Shown here in pieces: positions 11,801 through 25,758 of a DNA stretch of 64,000 nt. The number at the start of each line of letters is the position of its first letter. The stretch's first letter is position 1. The DNA comes from Octopus sinensis (lineage: Eukaryota): assembly GCF_006345805.1 (NCBI RefSeq), contig NC_043008.1, positions 34,658,001 through 34,722,000 on the forward strand, written 5' to 3'. The position numbers were made by a program, and so were the translations under genes. Below the pieces are notes generated by a model. It ran no database searches, had not been told where the DNA came from, and worked only from the letters and a program-made list of their open reading frames with translations.

Positions 11801-14800
11801 CAAGACACTTTATTTCATATTGCTCCAGTTCACTCAGCTGTAGAAATGAGTTGTGACATCACAGGTGCCAAGCTGTATCTGCTGTTGCCTTTCCCTTGGA
11901 TAACACTGGTGGTGTGGAGAGGGGAGGCCAGTGTGCATGGCGACTGCTGGTCTTCCATAAACAACCTTGCCCAGACTTGTGCCTGGGAGGGTAAGTTTCT
12001 TGGTGCAATCCCACGGTCAGTCATGACCGAAGGGGGTCTCAAGATAATTTAAATATTCTGTTTGAAATTACTGGCTTTGCATTAAAAATATAAACCATTG
12101 CTACATCAACCCTGATCATGTATATCTAAAATTAAGCGTCATTCCATTTATTTTTAACAATAGTGTAAGCCTTGAATTACATTATCAAGTGCATCCTTCC
12201 TAGGGGAAAATTTGAATGTAGCTATTATTTTTAACATGTGTAATTACATAGGTGCTCTATTTTTTTTTTTTTTTTTTGCCAGTTCAGTCAGTACAGCATG
12301 AAACTTTTTCCTGTTATATAGATCAAACTAAATTGATAGAGTTGTTTGGGTGTGGGATAGAACGCTTTCTGGTATTTGTTCTAGTTTTCTGCACTCCAAG
12401 TTGAAAGACTACCAAGGTCAATATAAACTTTCATTTTTTTGGAGCCAACAAATTAAGTACCGGTCCAGAGTAGTGGATTTGTAAAACATCAGATGAGATG
12501 CCTTGTGGTATCTGTTCAGGCTCTTTGCATTCTGAGTTCAAATTCTACCCAGGAATTCAAAATCTCATCAATGGCCACACCATAGTCCTCACAAACTTTG
12601 AAAAGGCATGAAGACAGACTGTGACTGACAGTGGCACCAGCATCTTTTTGCAATATGACAGGCCTCTTGTCATTTCAGCACCGTTGTGTTATGGGTACTG
12701 AGACTTTGAGCCTCAAACTCTGTAGGGATTAAATTCCACACTGATCAAACTCACTAGCATGTGCAAGCAGCATTTAAGAAACTTTGAGCACATTTTTGAT
12801 AAAAAGAAAATACTGACAACAGCACTGGATTTTGATACTTCTTTTACTCATAGACACAAAGAGGCAGCTGTTCTTCATTAATTTCGCATTTGGTTCATTG
12901 GTGAGTCAGAAGCTAAGTAGTAATTCTATATGGAGCAACATTTTTGATGTAGAACCATATTCTGAATAAATTCAAAGTGTTCTACCAAACTTAGCCTACA
13001 CACAGTTTTCTTGTCTAAGATCTCTCAGAAGTTTCAAATCAGTTCAAGTTGAAGCATATATATTACTTCAAGTAATATTACAACACTGAACTTCTGTTGG
13101 GATGGCAACAACAGACGGATTATTCATATTTGCTTTAGTAAGGCTTGCAGAATCATTACTGTGATGGACAAATTGCTTAGTAGTAGGGGGTCAGTGTAAT
13201 CGACTTGTCCCCTTTCCTGAACTTGCTGGCCTTATGCCAGAACTTGAAATCAATATTTGCTGTAGTAAACAGAGTATATTAATTTAAGGGAACCTAAGAA
13301 TATGTTTTCTATGATACAAAACAATCAAATTTCTATGTAAGAAGTTCTTATGAAGTTCTATTGACTATTTTTTAATGTAGGAACCTCTTATTAATTATTA
13401 ACAAACTCCTAGGCGCAGGAGTGGCTGTGTGGTAAGTAGCTTGCTTACCAACCACATGGTTCCGGGTTCAGTCCCACTGCGTGGCATCTTGGGCAAGTGT
13501 CTTCTGCTATAGCCCCGGCCGACCAATGCTTTGTGAGTGGATTTGGTAGACAGAAACTGAAAGAAGCCTGTCGTATATATGTATATATATATATGTATGT
13601 GTTTATGTCCCCATCACTTAGTGGTTCAGCAAAAAAAAAATGATAGAATAAGTACTGGGCTTGCAAAGAATAAATCCTGGGGTTGATTTGCTCGACTAAA
13701 GGCGGTGCTCCAGCATGGCCACAGTCAAATGACTGAAACAAGTAAAAGAGTCCTAAAGTGATAAGCTGCTAAAATGGATAGCATGGTGGACAAAATGCTT
13801 GGCTGCATTTCTTCTGGCTATTTACATTCTAAGTTTAACCCTTTCGTTACTGTATTTATTTTGAGATGCTCTGTGTTTCTTTCAATTAATTTTAAATATA
13901 ACAAAGAATTTAGAAAAATATCTGTTATCATTCAGCTAGTGTTAGGAACATAAATTGTGATTAAGGCTTGGTGGAAAATTTTAATTCAAAATTTATGAAA
14001 ACAAGACATTTGTACTATGGAACCAGAGTTGGTTTTATCCAGGTTGGTAACGAAAGGGTTAAATACCACCTGGGTCAACTTTACTTTTCATCCTTTCTGG
14101 GTTGATAAAATGAGTATCATTTGAGCTCTGGGATTGATGTATTGACTTAACCCTCCCCTCAAAATTGCTAGCTTTGTGCCAAAATTAGAAAGAATTATAA
14201 GCAAATATTGGTTAATGCCTTTATAAACTATCAAGGAAGCCTTTACATAGTTGTTGCTTACCCTGCTAGAAACATTAGCCAAAGTTTCCTCAGATTGCAC
14301 CCTGAAACCTTAAAAGGTATACTACATAGTCTTAGATATACAATACTTAAGGGAAGGGTAAGATTATTGTGACTAGAATATCTTTGATCATAGGTCTGCT
14401 TTGTCAAGGCTGACCTGGGGTTTAACATCACTAGATAACTCGTTATCATTTAACATCCAAGTTCCATGCTGTCATTAGTTAGACAGTTTGATAGGATCAC
14501 CAGATACAAGTGTCTGCTTTGGCATAGTTACACCAACCATTTTACAGTGTGTACTGGGTGCCTTTTCATGCCACCAGCAGAAATGTTAAATTGATCGTAA
14601 AAGTAAGTTTAAAAAATTAGATGTTTGTATTTCATTAATTTCATTTTATGTAAATATTCATTAGCTTTAACCCTTTGAAAGTATACATTGACCAGTCATA
14701 ATGTCATTATCAGCACTACTTTGCTCTTGCAGTGACATGGAATATATAGACATTAATACATATTCACATGTATCCACATGCACATGCACACACACACACA

Positions 14801-17800
14801 CACACACATCAATTCATATTTGCATGTGTGTAAAAAATTTTTTACAATATCCTTTGTGCAGTTTTCTTCCACCAAATCCCCTTGTCTGGCATTACTCAGC
14901 CTAGGGCTATGGAATGCACTTCAAGATACTGTGCAGTGGGACTGAACCCAAGACCATGTAGTTGCAAGTGGAAATTCTTAACCACACAACCATTCCTGCT
15001 CTATGTTATAAAATATATCTAAATAAATTTACAATAGGTTGTTATTGTTGTTTTTTTTAATTTAATCTAATTTTCTCCCTTTCCTTTGTTACAGTTATCC
15101 ATCATATAGCATTCTCAGACTGCCATGTTGAATGGAGAAATGCTACAGAAGTTTACATGTTTAGTGATTCCACTCCTTCAAAAATTGTTCGATCTGTAAG
15201 TCAGACATTAGGATTTCAGAAGAGTAAGTATTCAAATCTTCTTTTTCTCTTTCGTGGTTTGGTCTAGAATAAAAGAAAGGCTGTCTTTATGGACTTTGTA
15301 GGCACTGCCAGATCAATGAAGTCAAATCAATCAGTGTCCTACATGAACTGCAAACAGTTGATTGCATGAAACCTTGATTTTCATCCTTCAGAATTTGTTA
15401 AATAAAATACCAGCCTAGTACTGAGATGAAGATAATGTATTAAAGTTTCCTTCTTGAGTTATACTGACTCATAAAGGCCAGTTTCTATATTGTGTATATT
15501 CCCCACCTGGACAGGAAGCTGGTACATCTCAGGATTACTCATTTTTGCCAGCTGAGTGGACTGGAGCAATGTGGAATGAAGTGTTTTGCTCAAGAACACA
15601 ACATGTTGTCCAGTCTAGGAACTGAAACCACAATCTTATGACCATGACTCCAACGCCCTAACCACTAAGCCACGTGCTTCTACCTGAAGTTAATGGATCA
15701 TTCCCAGCACATATATCATCATCATCAACATTATTGTTGAACATTGACTTTTCCCTGCTAGCATGGGCCATACAGAATATGTTAGGGCATGTTTTCAACA
15801 GCATGGCTTAGTGGTTAGGGTACTAAGTTTATAACCATAAAGCTGTGAGTTCAGTTCCCAGCACTGCATTCTGTCCTTGAACAACACACTTTATTTCACA
15901 TTGATGATGCCTATCACAGCCACGCATACCTGTGCCTTTATTCAAATGAAAATTTAGGTGAGATTTACAATCAAAAATAATACTCCTGCCTTTGTAACAG
16001 TGCTGTCACTGTTCATACATACATCCCTGAGCACATCCAGAAGTAGGTCATCCAAATGATTGACAAGGAGTCATGCACCTACACATTCCAACTTCTTACT
16101 CAGACATTCTCTCTTTTTCTCTTCATTCTGCTTTGTTGTTTTTTGGGGTTTTTTCTATCACTTCTATAAAGACCTCCACTCCTTGAAACTGACTAATGAG
16201 CAGGGAGAAGATTCCAATGGGTTGGCATTGTGGGAAGGGAAGAAAGGATTGAAAACAGCTGTTAGTGTAAGTGGAGGTGATTGGATCACTATGAGTTGGG
16301 TGAATCTAGGTGGAAGAAATACAAAACTCAGCATAGATCAGTGTATTAGCCCTGGAAAAAAAGGAGAGAATGAGAGAGAACATGTCTGGAGTATAGGTGC
16401 AAGCATGACTGTGTAGTAAGGAGTTTGCTTTCTAACTCATGGTTGTGTGTTCTAACTCATGGTTGTGTGACACCTTGGCCAAGTGGCTTCTACTTTAGCC
16501 TCAGTTGACCAAAGCCTTGTGAGAGGATTTGGTTGGCAGAAACTAAAAGAAACCCAATGTACGTCTGTATGTACATGTTTATGTGTGTTGATGAGGTATG
16601 AGCATTCAGCTTTTGCTGAACGACCTACAAAAATGATATGTTTATAGTAATCAAATGTTTGTGCTGCACATTAGCTGACTCTCTATCAAATCAGCCTTAC
16701 CTGAACAGATGCACAGTGTACCGTGTGTCAGGTGTGGAAGTGATCGTGGAGCAACGTGACATGAAGCATTTTGCTCAAGAACATAATACACCACCTAATC
16801 TAGGAATTGAAATGAAATCACAATTGCTAGAGTGTGAATGCAACATCCTAACCACTAAGCCATATGCCCTCACAAACATTATATATATATATATATATAT
16901 AAAGAACTAAGATGATGAGGACACCACTCTATCTAATACATAATATAAGATTCCTCATCTCAGAAAATACAGAATTGTATTTTCCAATCAGTACAAAGCT
17001 AACATAAGGCATAAGTGGAGGTTTATAATCCTTTAAAAGTTCACTCTGATACTGCCTACAGGCATAGCATAGTGGATAAAGGTGCTAGTTAATGCAGTGT
17101 AGTCACCTAGAGGTTCTGGGTTCAGTCCCAGGAGAGGCACTGAGGTGAATCATAAGACACCTGAAAAAGGCTGGAACATTTGTGTGTGTGTTCTCTCTGG
17201 ATGTAACAAGAGATGGATGTGCTATGCTTGGTATAAAATAGGTGAAACTTGCTTCTATTTCGGAACATCACTCTTATAACTTCATCAAAATATAATCCAA
17301 TTTAAAAGCTGCATAGTAATATATTTCTGTTTCTTTTTTTTTTCTACAGGTGGAACCAAACTGTGTCGTGGATACTGTAATGAAGCTAGGATGGATGACA
17401 AGCCTCCGGACATTACTCACCTGGTATTTGTTGTACATGGTATTGGCCAAAAAATGGATACTGGCAATATAATCAAACGATGTAATGAGTAGGTTTCTCT
17501 TTAACATTTGTTTTTATTTTTCTTATCCGTGGGTCAGTTTTTAAACGTACCAGCTAGAAGAAGTCTCGCAGTAAATTTTTATTTTTGTTTCGTATCTAAG
17601 AAAATGACAACCTTAAAAGATCTTTAAGGTCATTGGTTTGATTTTTATCTTCTACTTACAAATTATCTATTACAAATACTTGACTTTTTTTTATTATGGT
17701 ATTTGTGTATTTGCTATATTTTCAATATAGTGTTTACATCTAAGAAATTGAGAACCTTAAAAGATCTTTTAGGTCATTGGTTACATTTTTGTCTTCTACC

Positions 17801-20800
17801 TACAAACTGTCTGTAACAAATGCTTGACTTCTTTAATGTAGTATTTATCTTTTGAACTGCTTAGATTATTGGGTGAAAGATACGTGCATGCATGGCTATG
17901 TTTTTATTTAAGAAGTTCACAATCACTTGAGTTTTGGGTTCAATACCACTGCATGCAACCTTGGGTATGTTTCCTACCATAGCTTTGGGTTACCCAATGC
18001 TTTGTGATAAAAGTTTGGTTTATGGAAACTTTATGAAAATCCTTCAAATATTACATATGTACGAGGGGGTGCTGAAAAGTTCCTGGCTTTGGGTAAAAAA
18101 AAATTCAGGAGGATCAGTTAATTATGATTTTATTCAACATATTCCCCTCTCAGGTTCACACTTATTGCAGCAGTCCTTCAGTTTTTCTGAACCTTGTAAA
18201 AGTACTCAGAAGGTTGGGTCTTCAACCTAGCCCTTCATGATACTCTTAAAGCCAGGACCTTTCCAGCACCCTCCCGTATGTGTATAACTTTTTGCTGATG
18301 GACATATTAGTGTGAAAACTGATAAACTAGCACAGATAGTCTCTTGTCAATTTTGCCATTGGAAATGCAATGAACTAGTGATTTGCTTGTTAGAAGCATG
18401 ATACCAACATAGCTATTACTCACCAAAAGTACAGTATTAAAATAGAAAAGTCAAGCTGATTCAAAAGTTATTGGTTAATACCTTTTCTTTGGTGTTGTGC
18501 CATAATCAAGGTACTCAACTGTTGTTGACATCCAACTTTGTTGGCAGATGAGAAGGTAAACAAAATAAATTAATCAGTGCCAAACTAACTGAAAATAGGT
18601 GAGAGGTTTATTGACTTCCAGTACCTCAGTCAGGTTGTTTTTTTTTGTTTTTTATGTTTAGCCCTAGGTTAGCTCTTATCCAGTTGACCTATGATCAGAG
18701 ACATTACAACTGTTATCATACCAGCTCTTGTTCTTACCTAGTGTTTATACATTATCTGGTTTGTCTTTTTTAAGATGCTAGGATTTGATTTGAAGGAGAT
18801 TTTACTGTTATTTCTAGCTACTCAAGTGACACTGGAGAAAGCACCTTCATTATTTCAATCTTGATCAATTCCTTTCATATGGTGATGATTGAACAATGAT
18901 AAAACATCTAGTAATAATATTGAAAGAAATCTGACAAAATTTCTCATCTGAAGATGATTTCTAGCATTAGATTGGCTAAGAATTTATACTGCATTTATAT
19001 TTCTTATGCTCAGAGGTATCTATAATCAAAGAAGGGTTTTAAATCTAAAAATTCTGCATTGTACCTATTTTAATCTGGTTTTTGATTCTTGAATAAACAA
19101 AGATTAAGCCTGATCTTGCTGTGAAATTTAGACATGGCTAAAGTTACTTTTTCCGTTTCATTTTTTTTTTATTTAACTGTTGTGTAAATATTACATCCTC
19201 ATACATAAACAATAATCATTTAATGAGGGAAGATCTATGTAGTTACCTGACCTGCTGGAAATAGCAACCAAATGTGCCTCAACCCTGCTATCTTAAAGAA
19301 AGGATACATTGGTCAACTTAGTCTTAGTTATAGGAAAATACAGGATAGTCACAGCTGAAATGCCTCCACTGATAAGGTTTAGTCTGCTTAATCAGGGATG
19401 ATGTGAAGCTAAGTAACATCTTATAGTTGAAGTGTCACAGATGGCAAAGAGATGTAAGAAACTATTTTCGGTATTTGATACGTCTTGGTTGTGAGTTCAA
19501 ATATTGTCTTGTTTGATTTTTCTTTCTTTGATCTCCTTTGTGTAAATAAAAATGCATAGCAGTTACATACTGAGATACTAGCATGGATCTTTCAGTGTAG
19601 CCCATGTTCCACTTGCATATAAGAACAGAAGTAGGATGGTGCTATTGTAGAATGAACAACATAACTACATAATACACAAAGCACAAGTTTTGCTGGGATG
19701 GACAATTCACAAGGTTCACAGCAGGTGGACCTGTGCAGATGCCAGTTGGTATCCAAGAGACTGAGAAGACCTCAATGACAATTTAGTTAAATGATTTGGA
19801 CCAAGATGGAAGAGAAGGGCATATGAAGAAAGAATTGAAGTGCATTGTGACCAACGATGTATAACAAAATCCAATAGTTTGTTTGATAATGGGATTCAGA
19901 GATACATACTGGGGTCAGGTCAATGTAGTATATCCCTGTTCCCTAATTAAAAGACTTTGAGTTTGATAGAAGTTAATTAATATTTATAAAGCATGTAAGA
20001 CTTTTCAAATTTCATTTTGTAATGACTTATTAATACATTCAACTTTTACTACTTTTATCATCATCTTCGTTTAACATCCACTTTCCATTAAATGATGATG
20101 ATGATGATTTTATTTGATGAAATTTATTTGTTGAAATAACATGGTATTTACTGATTACAGACTGCGGGAATCTATAGAGCGACTGAAAAAGAAAAATTTC
20201 CCTAATTTGGACCAAGGTAATCAGAGAGTAGAATTCCTGCCTGTAGAGTGGCGATCCAGTCTACAACTAGATGGTGGTAGGTATTAACTTGTTTTTAGTT
20301 TTTTTGTTGTTTTTTTTACTTTTCCTAAATAGTTTACAACACTCACTGTTATCTGCTTAAAGCTCCCTAAAAGTTTGTAGTACTTTGCTGCTTTCTTTTA
20401 TAAGATGGAGATACCTTTTGTAAGCAAAAAGAAGGTATATAGAAAAACTACTGTTGTTAGACAACACTCCTCTCGGTTATTTGAGAACACTAACAATCAT
20501 AAGATGTCTAATTTATCTCTTGTGGATTGGTACCATATTTTCTGGTATACAAGGAAAATTTTCAGACCAATGTTTGTTGCCAAAAGCAGTAGATTAACTT
20601 ATACACTAAGACAACTTTGGAAGAGTACAAATTTCATGTGAAATGCAGCAGAATTTGGAAGGATAGTAACAATGTTTACATTACATGTTTATGCTATATA
20701 TTACATCAACTTTTATGCTAGAAAATACAGTAGTTTTGAAGTTTCTTGCTAAAATACATAGGGGAACCACATGTCTACATATCTTTCATTTGTTTTCTTA

Positions 20801-23800
20801 ATTTTTGCTCACTTCAGGTGAAATTTTATATGGAACCATTGCATTAATATTAATAACCTAAGTATATTGATTTTTGTAATATACTTTTATAAATTTATAT
20901 AATACTAGACTACCCCTGACCTGTTGGGTCACTGACAGTTTAGGTGATAAAACATTGAAGCTGATTTTAACATTGCATTGAAATGCAAGTTAATTTTATG
21001 TTGAGTCAGTTAAATACTTCAATTCGTTTGTTTCATCATAGGTCTGGTTTACAAGTTCATGTTTAAGGTTTTATTCGTTATTTACAGCATCTAATAGAAA
21101 TAGAACTTCTGGGATAAACTTTAAACTCTATTAACAGCATTTATTTATGGCATATGTACACACTTCTACAAAAATGCAAAAAGAATTGTTATATAACACA
21201 AACATAAAATTAATGGAAACAATTTTCCCATATCTGGGTTTATGTTATCTTCTGAGTATTTTCCTATTATGCACCGTTTTGGCTATTTATGAAGGTACCT
21301 AAAAAAAGCCTCACGTATCTCAGAGTATTTTCCCATTATGCGCCAGTTTTGCTTTATTGAATTACAGACGCACGAATGCAGGCAAGACTATCCAGATGTT
21401 CTCTGCAAAGGGCAATAACTCCAATTTCACTGCGTAAATTTGTGGAAACGAATCAAAAGAAAAAAAAAATGCCTATCTCACTAACCTTCTGTCCTATTTA
21501 TGCGAAACTTGTTTTATTCCATTTGTATACACATTTCAGGAGTACCTTACTTTCAGAGTATTTTCCTATTATGCTCTGGTTTGGCTGTTTTAAATTACAG
21601 TCAAGCACACACGTAAGCAAGCAAGCAATCACAGAATTTTAGTAGTGTATATAGATTTATGTGATATCAGACCATTGTGTTATCACTAATAACTTTTTAC
21701 ATCAGCTGATGCAAATTAAGTAAATAATAATTTAATTTCTCCATTATTTATTATCAGATACTGTTGAGCTCATTACACCCCATAGTGTAAAAGGTCTCCG
21801 CACAATTCTAAATAGTAGTGCCATGGATATTCTATACTATACAAGTCCACTCTACCGATCAGAGGTAAGTTCTCTTTCCATTCAATTATTATATGAGTAG
21901 AGTTCAAATCTTGTTTGTGGAAAGTTTTGAGGAATGGGACTGTATTTCAAAAACAGTAAAGATCATGAAGATTGTATAATGCTTACTTACTTAAAGCTTG
22001 TCTTTGCTAAATTCACTTTAAAGCCTCTTGATTCCAGATTTGGTCTTGTATGTCAGGAATTTCTTTTCTGAGTCTTCCATAATAGTTAGGTTGTCAGCAT
22101 AAAGAAGTTCCCATGGGCAGATGGTGTTAAATCTTTCTGTTATAGCTTTAAGAATTGTAGTGAAGAAAAGAGACTGAAGACTAAGCCCTTGTTAACCCTA
22201 ACCTTCACACTAAATTCATTGCTATACTTTGTCACTAATTTTCACTTTAACTATTCCCTTATACATGGTTTGCACAGCTTTCACAAGCTACATGTCTACT
22301 CCAAGCTTCTTCAGTGACCACCAGATCACAGAGCAAAGAATCCTATTTTCTCTAGAGTTCCTTGCTCTGGAGAGGTATAGAGGCTTATTCCTGACTAGAT
22401 TACTCCTATAGAGGTCTCACTAAGAACGTGGCATCAGTAGTCTTTTGTGTTATAACTCTGTAACTTTCAAAACTTAGTCTAATACCTCTATAGGTTTGCC
22501 TTTGTCTTTGTAACTTTTGATAATGATACTGCTATGCCAACATTGGGTTTGACACTTTCTTGTATTACCTTGTTTATTATGTGGGTGACAAACACATTTC
22601 CTACTCTGCCAGAGGTCTTAAGCATCTCAGTTGTGATTCCTGGTGGACCAGGTGCCTTCCCTGCTTTCATATCCTAAATTGCCCTGTCTACCATACTCCT
22701 GTCAACTTGGGATAGACCCTCTTTCTCCCATGTATTCTCCTTACACCAATGTCTCAAAATAGCATATCCAAGCTTCTTTTCACTATCAATAAGAGCAAGA
22801 GTACCTCATTTGTTCCATTATGTTTTATATTTTGTACAAGAAGTAGTTCAACAAGGCTGAAACTCACTTTAATAATGGAGATAATCTTCATCACTATCCA
22901 TGCTTCATGCTGGCTGGGAATGGAAAAGTTGTCAGTCCAAATCAGTTCCTATTCTGAGTTACTGTCCTCCCACACTCAGGGGGGCCACGTCTTGCTTATT
23001 CATTCTATTTTTGGCATCTATGGCTGCATGCCCTTCCTATCAACTTTATAAAGTGTACTGGTTGCATTCTATGTGGCATTAGTACTAGAGAGAATGTCGT
23101 ATCTTGATCTGGACTAACAGATCCTCTTGCCTCTATGTCCTGGTCAATCAGTCAGAAGTGACTTTAGAGAATCGGCTACAGTTTCTGTTGAATGTAATGT
23201 TTATTTATTCACATTGTTTTAGATTAGTTATTGCATTATCTGATAGCTTTAAAGTGGCAAGCTGGCAGAATCATTAGCACGCCAGGCAAAATGTGTTGTA
23301 GCATTTTGTCTCTCTTTACATTCTGAGTTCAAATTCTGCCAAGGTTGACTTTGCCTTCCATCCTTTCAGGGTTGATAAAATAAGAACCAGTTAAGTTACT
23401 GGGGGCAATGTAATCAACTAGCTTCCTCCCACAAAATTTCTAGCCTTGTGCCTATAATACAAAGGATTATTTCATAGCTTTGAGATTTCAATCATGTGGT
23501 TACTCTTTTACCTGTTTCAGTCATTTGACTGGCCATGCTGGAGCACTGCCTTTAGTTGAGCAAATCGACCCCAGGACTTTGTAAGCCTAGTACTTATTCT
23601 ATCACTCTTTTACTGAACCGCTAAGTTATTGGGGACGTAAACACACCAGCATCGGTTGTCAAGCGATGTTGGGGGGGACAAACACATATACACACACATA
23701 TACATATATATGACAGGCTTCTTTCAGCTTTGATCTGCCCAAGGTGCCACACAGTGGGAATGAACCCAGAACCATGTGGTTGGTAAGCAAGCTACTTACC

Positions 23801-24443
23801 ACACAGCCACTCCTGCGCCTATTGGTTGTTTATTTTTAGAATGACATAGGGTGTATGTAAGAGTTCAAATCTGGCCAGTTTGAACATAAAGCAAGTAGAA
23901 TATTTTGGCCAGATATGGCTGGTTTAAATACTAAAGAGGTAAACATTTGAATTCAAAATTTGATGGCAAATTATTAATAAAAGTGTAACTTTATTTCAGA
24001 TTACCCATGGTTTGCAATCTGAGATAAACAGACTGTATTCTGTGTTCTGCCTCAGAAATCCTTATTTTATTTCTGCTGGAGGAAAGATATCCATTGCTGC
24101 ACATTCCTTGGGTAAGTATTTAAACAGACACTTCAAATCATTTTGGTTGTTATTGTTGTTGTTGTTAAGCTCTAGGTCATCTTTGATTGAACAAAACTAA
24201 GGTCAGTAGAATTCCAACTGTGACCATCCTATTTATTGTTTCAGATATATACTATAACAGAAATGGCTGTATGTTAACACATTTGTTTTACTTACTTAGT
24301 TGAGCCAAGACAGCCTCTATAAAATCCTTTTACTTGTTGTGCTAGAAATAGCAGTCAGACCATACACAAATAGCATTGCTGTTTAAACCAAAAATAAAGA
24401 AAGACTATATTTCTGTCTGTCTGTCTGTATGTATGTATGTATA

Positions 24444-24479
<36 letters not shown>

Positions 24480-25724
24480 AGTGTGTGTGTGTGTATGTAT
24501 GTATGTATAGTGTGTATATGTATGTGGTTGGTGTTTGGAAGGGCATCCTGCCATAAAGACCCTGCCAAAACAGTAGCCTGTGGTGGTCTTCTACCTAGCC
24601 AGCTCCTGTCAACTGTCCTACTCATGCATGCATGGAAGACAGACATTAAACGATGATGATGATGATTATAAGTATATTTATGTATGTATATGTGGTTTAG
24701 TGGTTAGGATATTTGACTCAGGATTGCCAGGTCGTGAGTTCAGTTCCAGGCGACACATTCTGTCCTTGAGCAAGACACTTTATTTCATGTTGCTCCAGTC
24801 CATTCAGCTGGTAAAAATGAGTAGTACCTGTAATTCAAAGGGCCAGCCTTGTCACACTCTGTGTCATGCTGAATCTCCCTGAGAACTACATCAAGGGTAC
24901 ATGTGTCTGTGGAGTGCTCAGCCTCATACATGTTAATTTCACGAGCAGGCTGTACCATTGATTGGATCTACTAGAACCCTTGTCATCATAACCAATGGAG
25001 TGCCAGTAATGTGTGTATATATTTATTTATATATGTGTGTGTGTGAATGTATTGTGTGTCTGTATACATATATGTATGTATAAGCTGTAATCAACCAGAC
25101 TATTAGATGTTGTTATACATTGCTTGTCACAATGTTCTTTGCATCATTTTAGCTTTTGAATGGTGTCACCCTAATGGCTAGGTGAGCAGCCCAACATTAC
25201 CCCTGATTGGAAGCTAGTCTTTTATTGGGTTACTTATTTACAGCTGAGTGGACTGAAGCAACATGAAATGATGTGTTCTGCTGAGGAACACTATTCACCA
25301 CTCAATCTGTGAACTGAGCCCTCAATTTAGCAGTTGTTAGTGCAACACCTTAACCACTAGTCCGCATGGCTATATATATGTATGTATATATATATGTTTG
25401 TGTGTGTGTAATCTCTGATGAAGCCTAGAGATATATACAAGTACCTCATGTTCATCTAGCTATTACCTCAATCCACTTGAGTAACATAGGTAGAATGGGG
25501 TATTTTTATCTATTGGCTGAAACAGCTGTAAGTTATTTTACCAATTTATGTTCTTTATAATAATTACTGGTATCCTTATATATTACTATATTTTATATCT
25601 TATATGTAAAGAATAATATGCTATATGTATGTATGTTATAATTATTAGTTTAATAAATAAATAAGTTAACATTTTTATGTCCAAAAGTTGATGAACTACC
25701 TATTGTTCTCCATTTTCTTATTTG

Positions 25725-25758
<34 letters not shown>

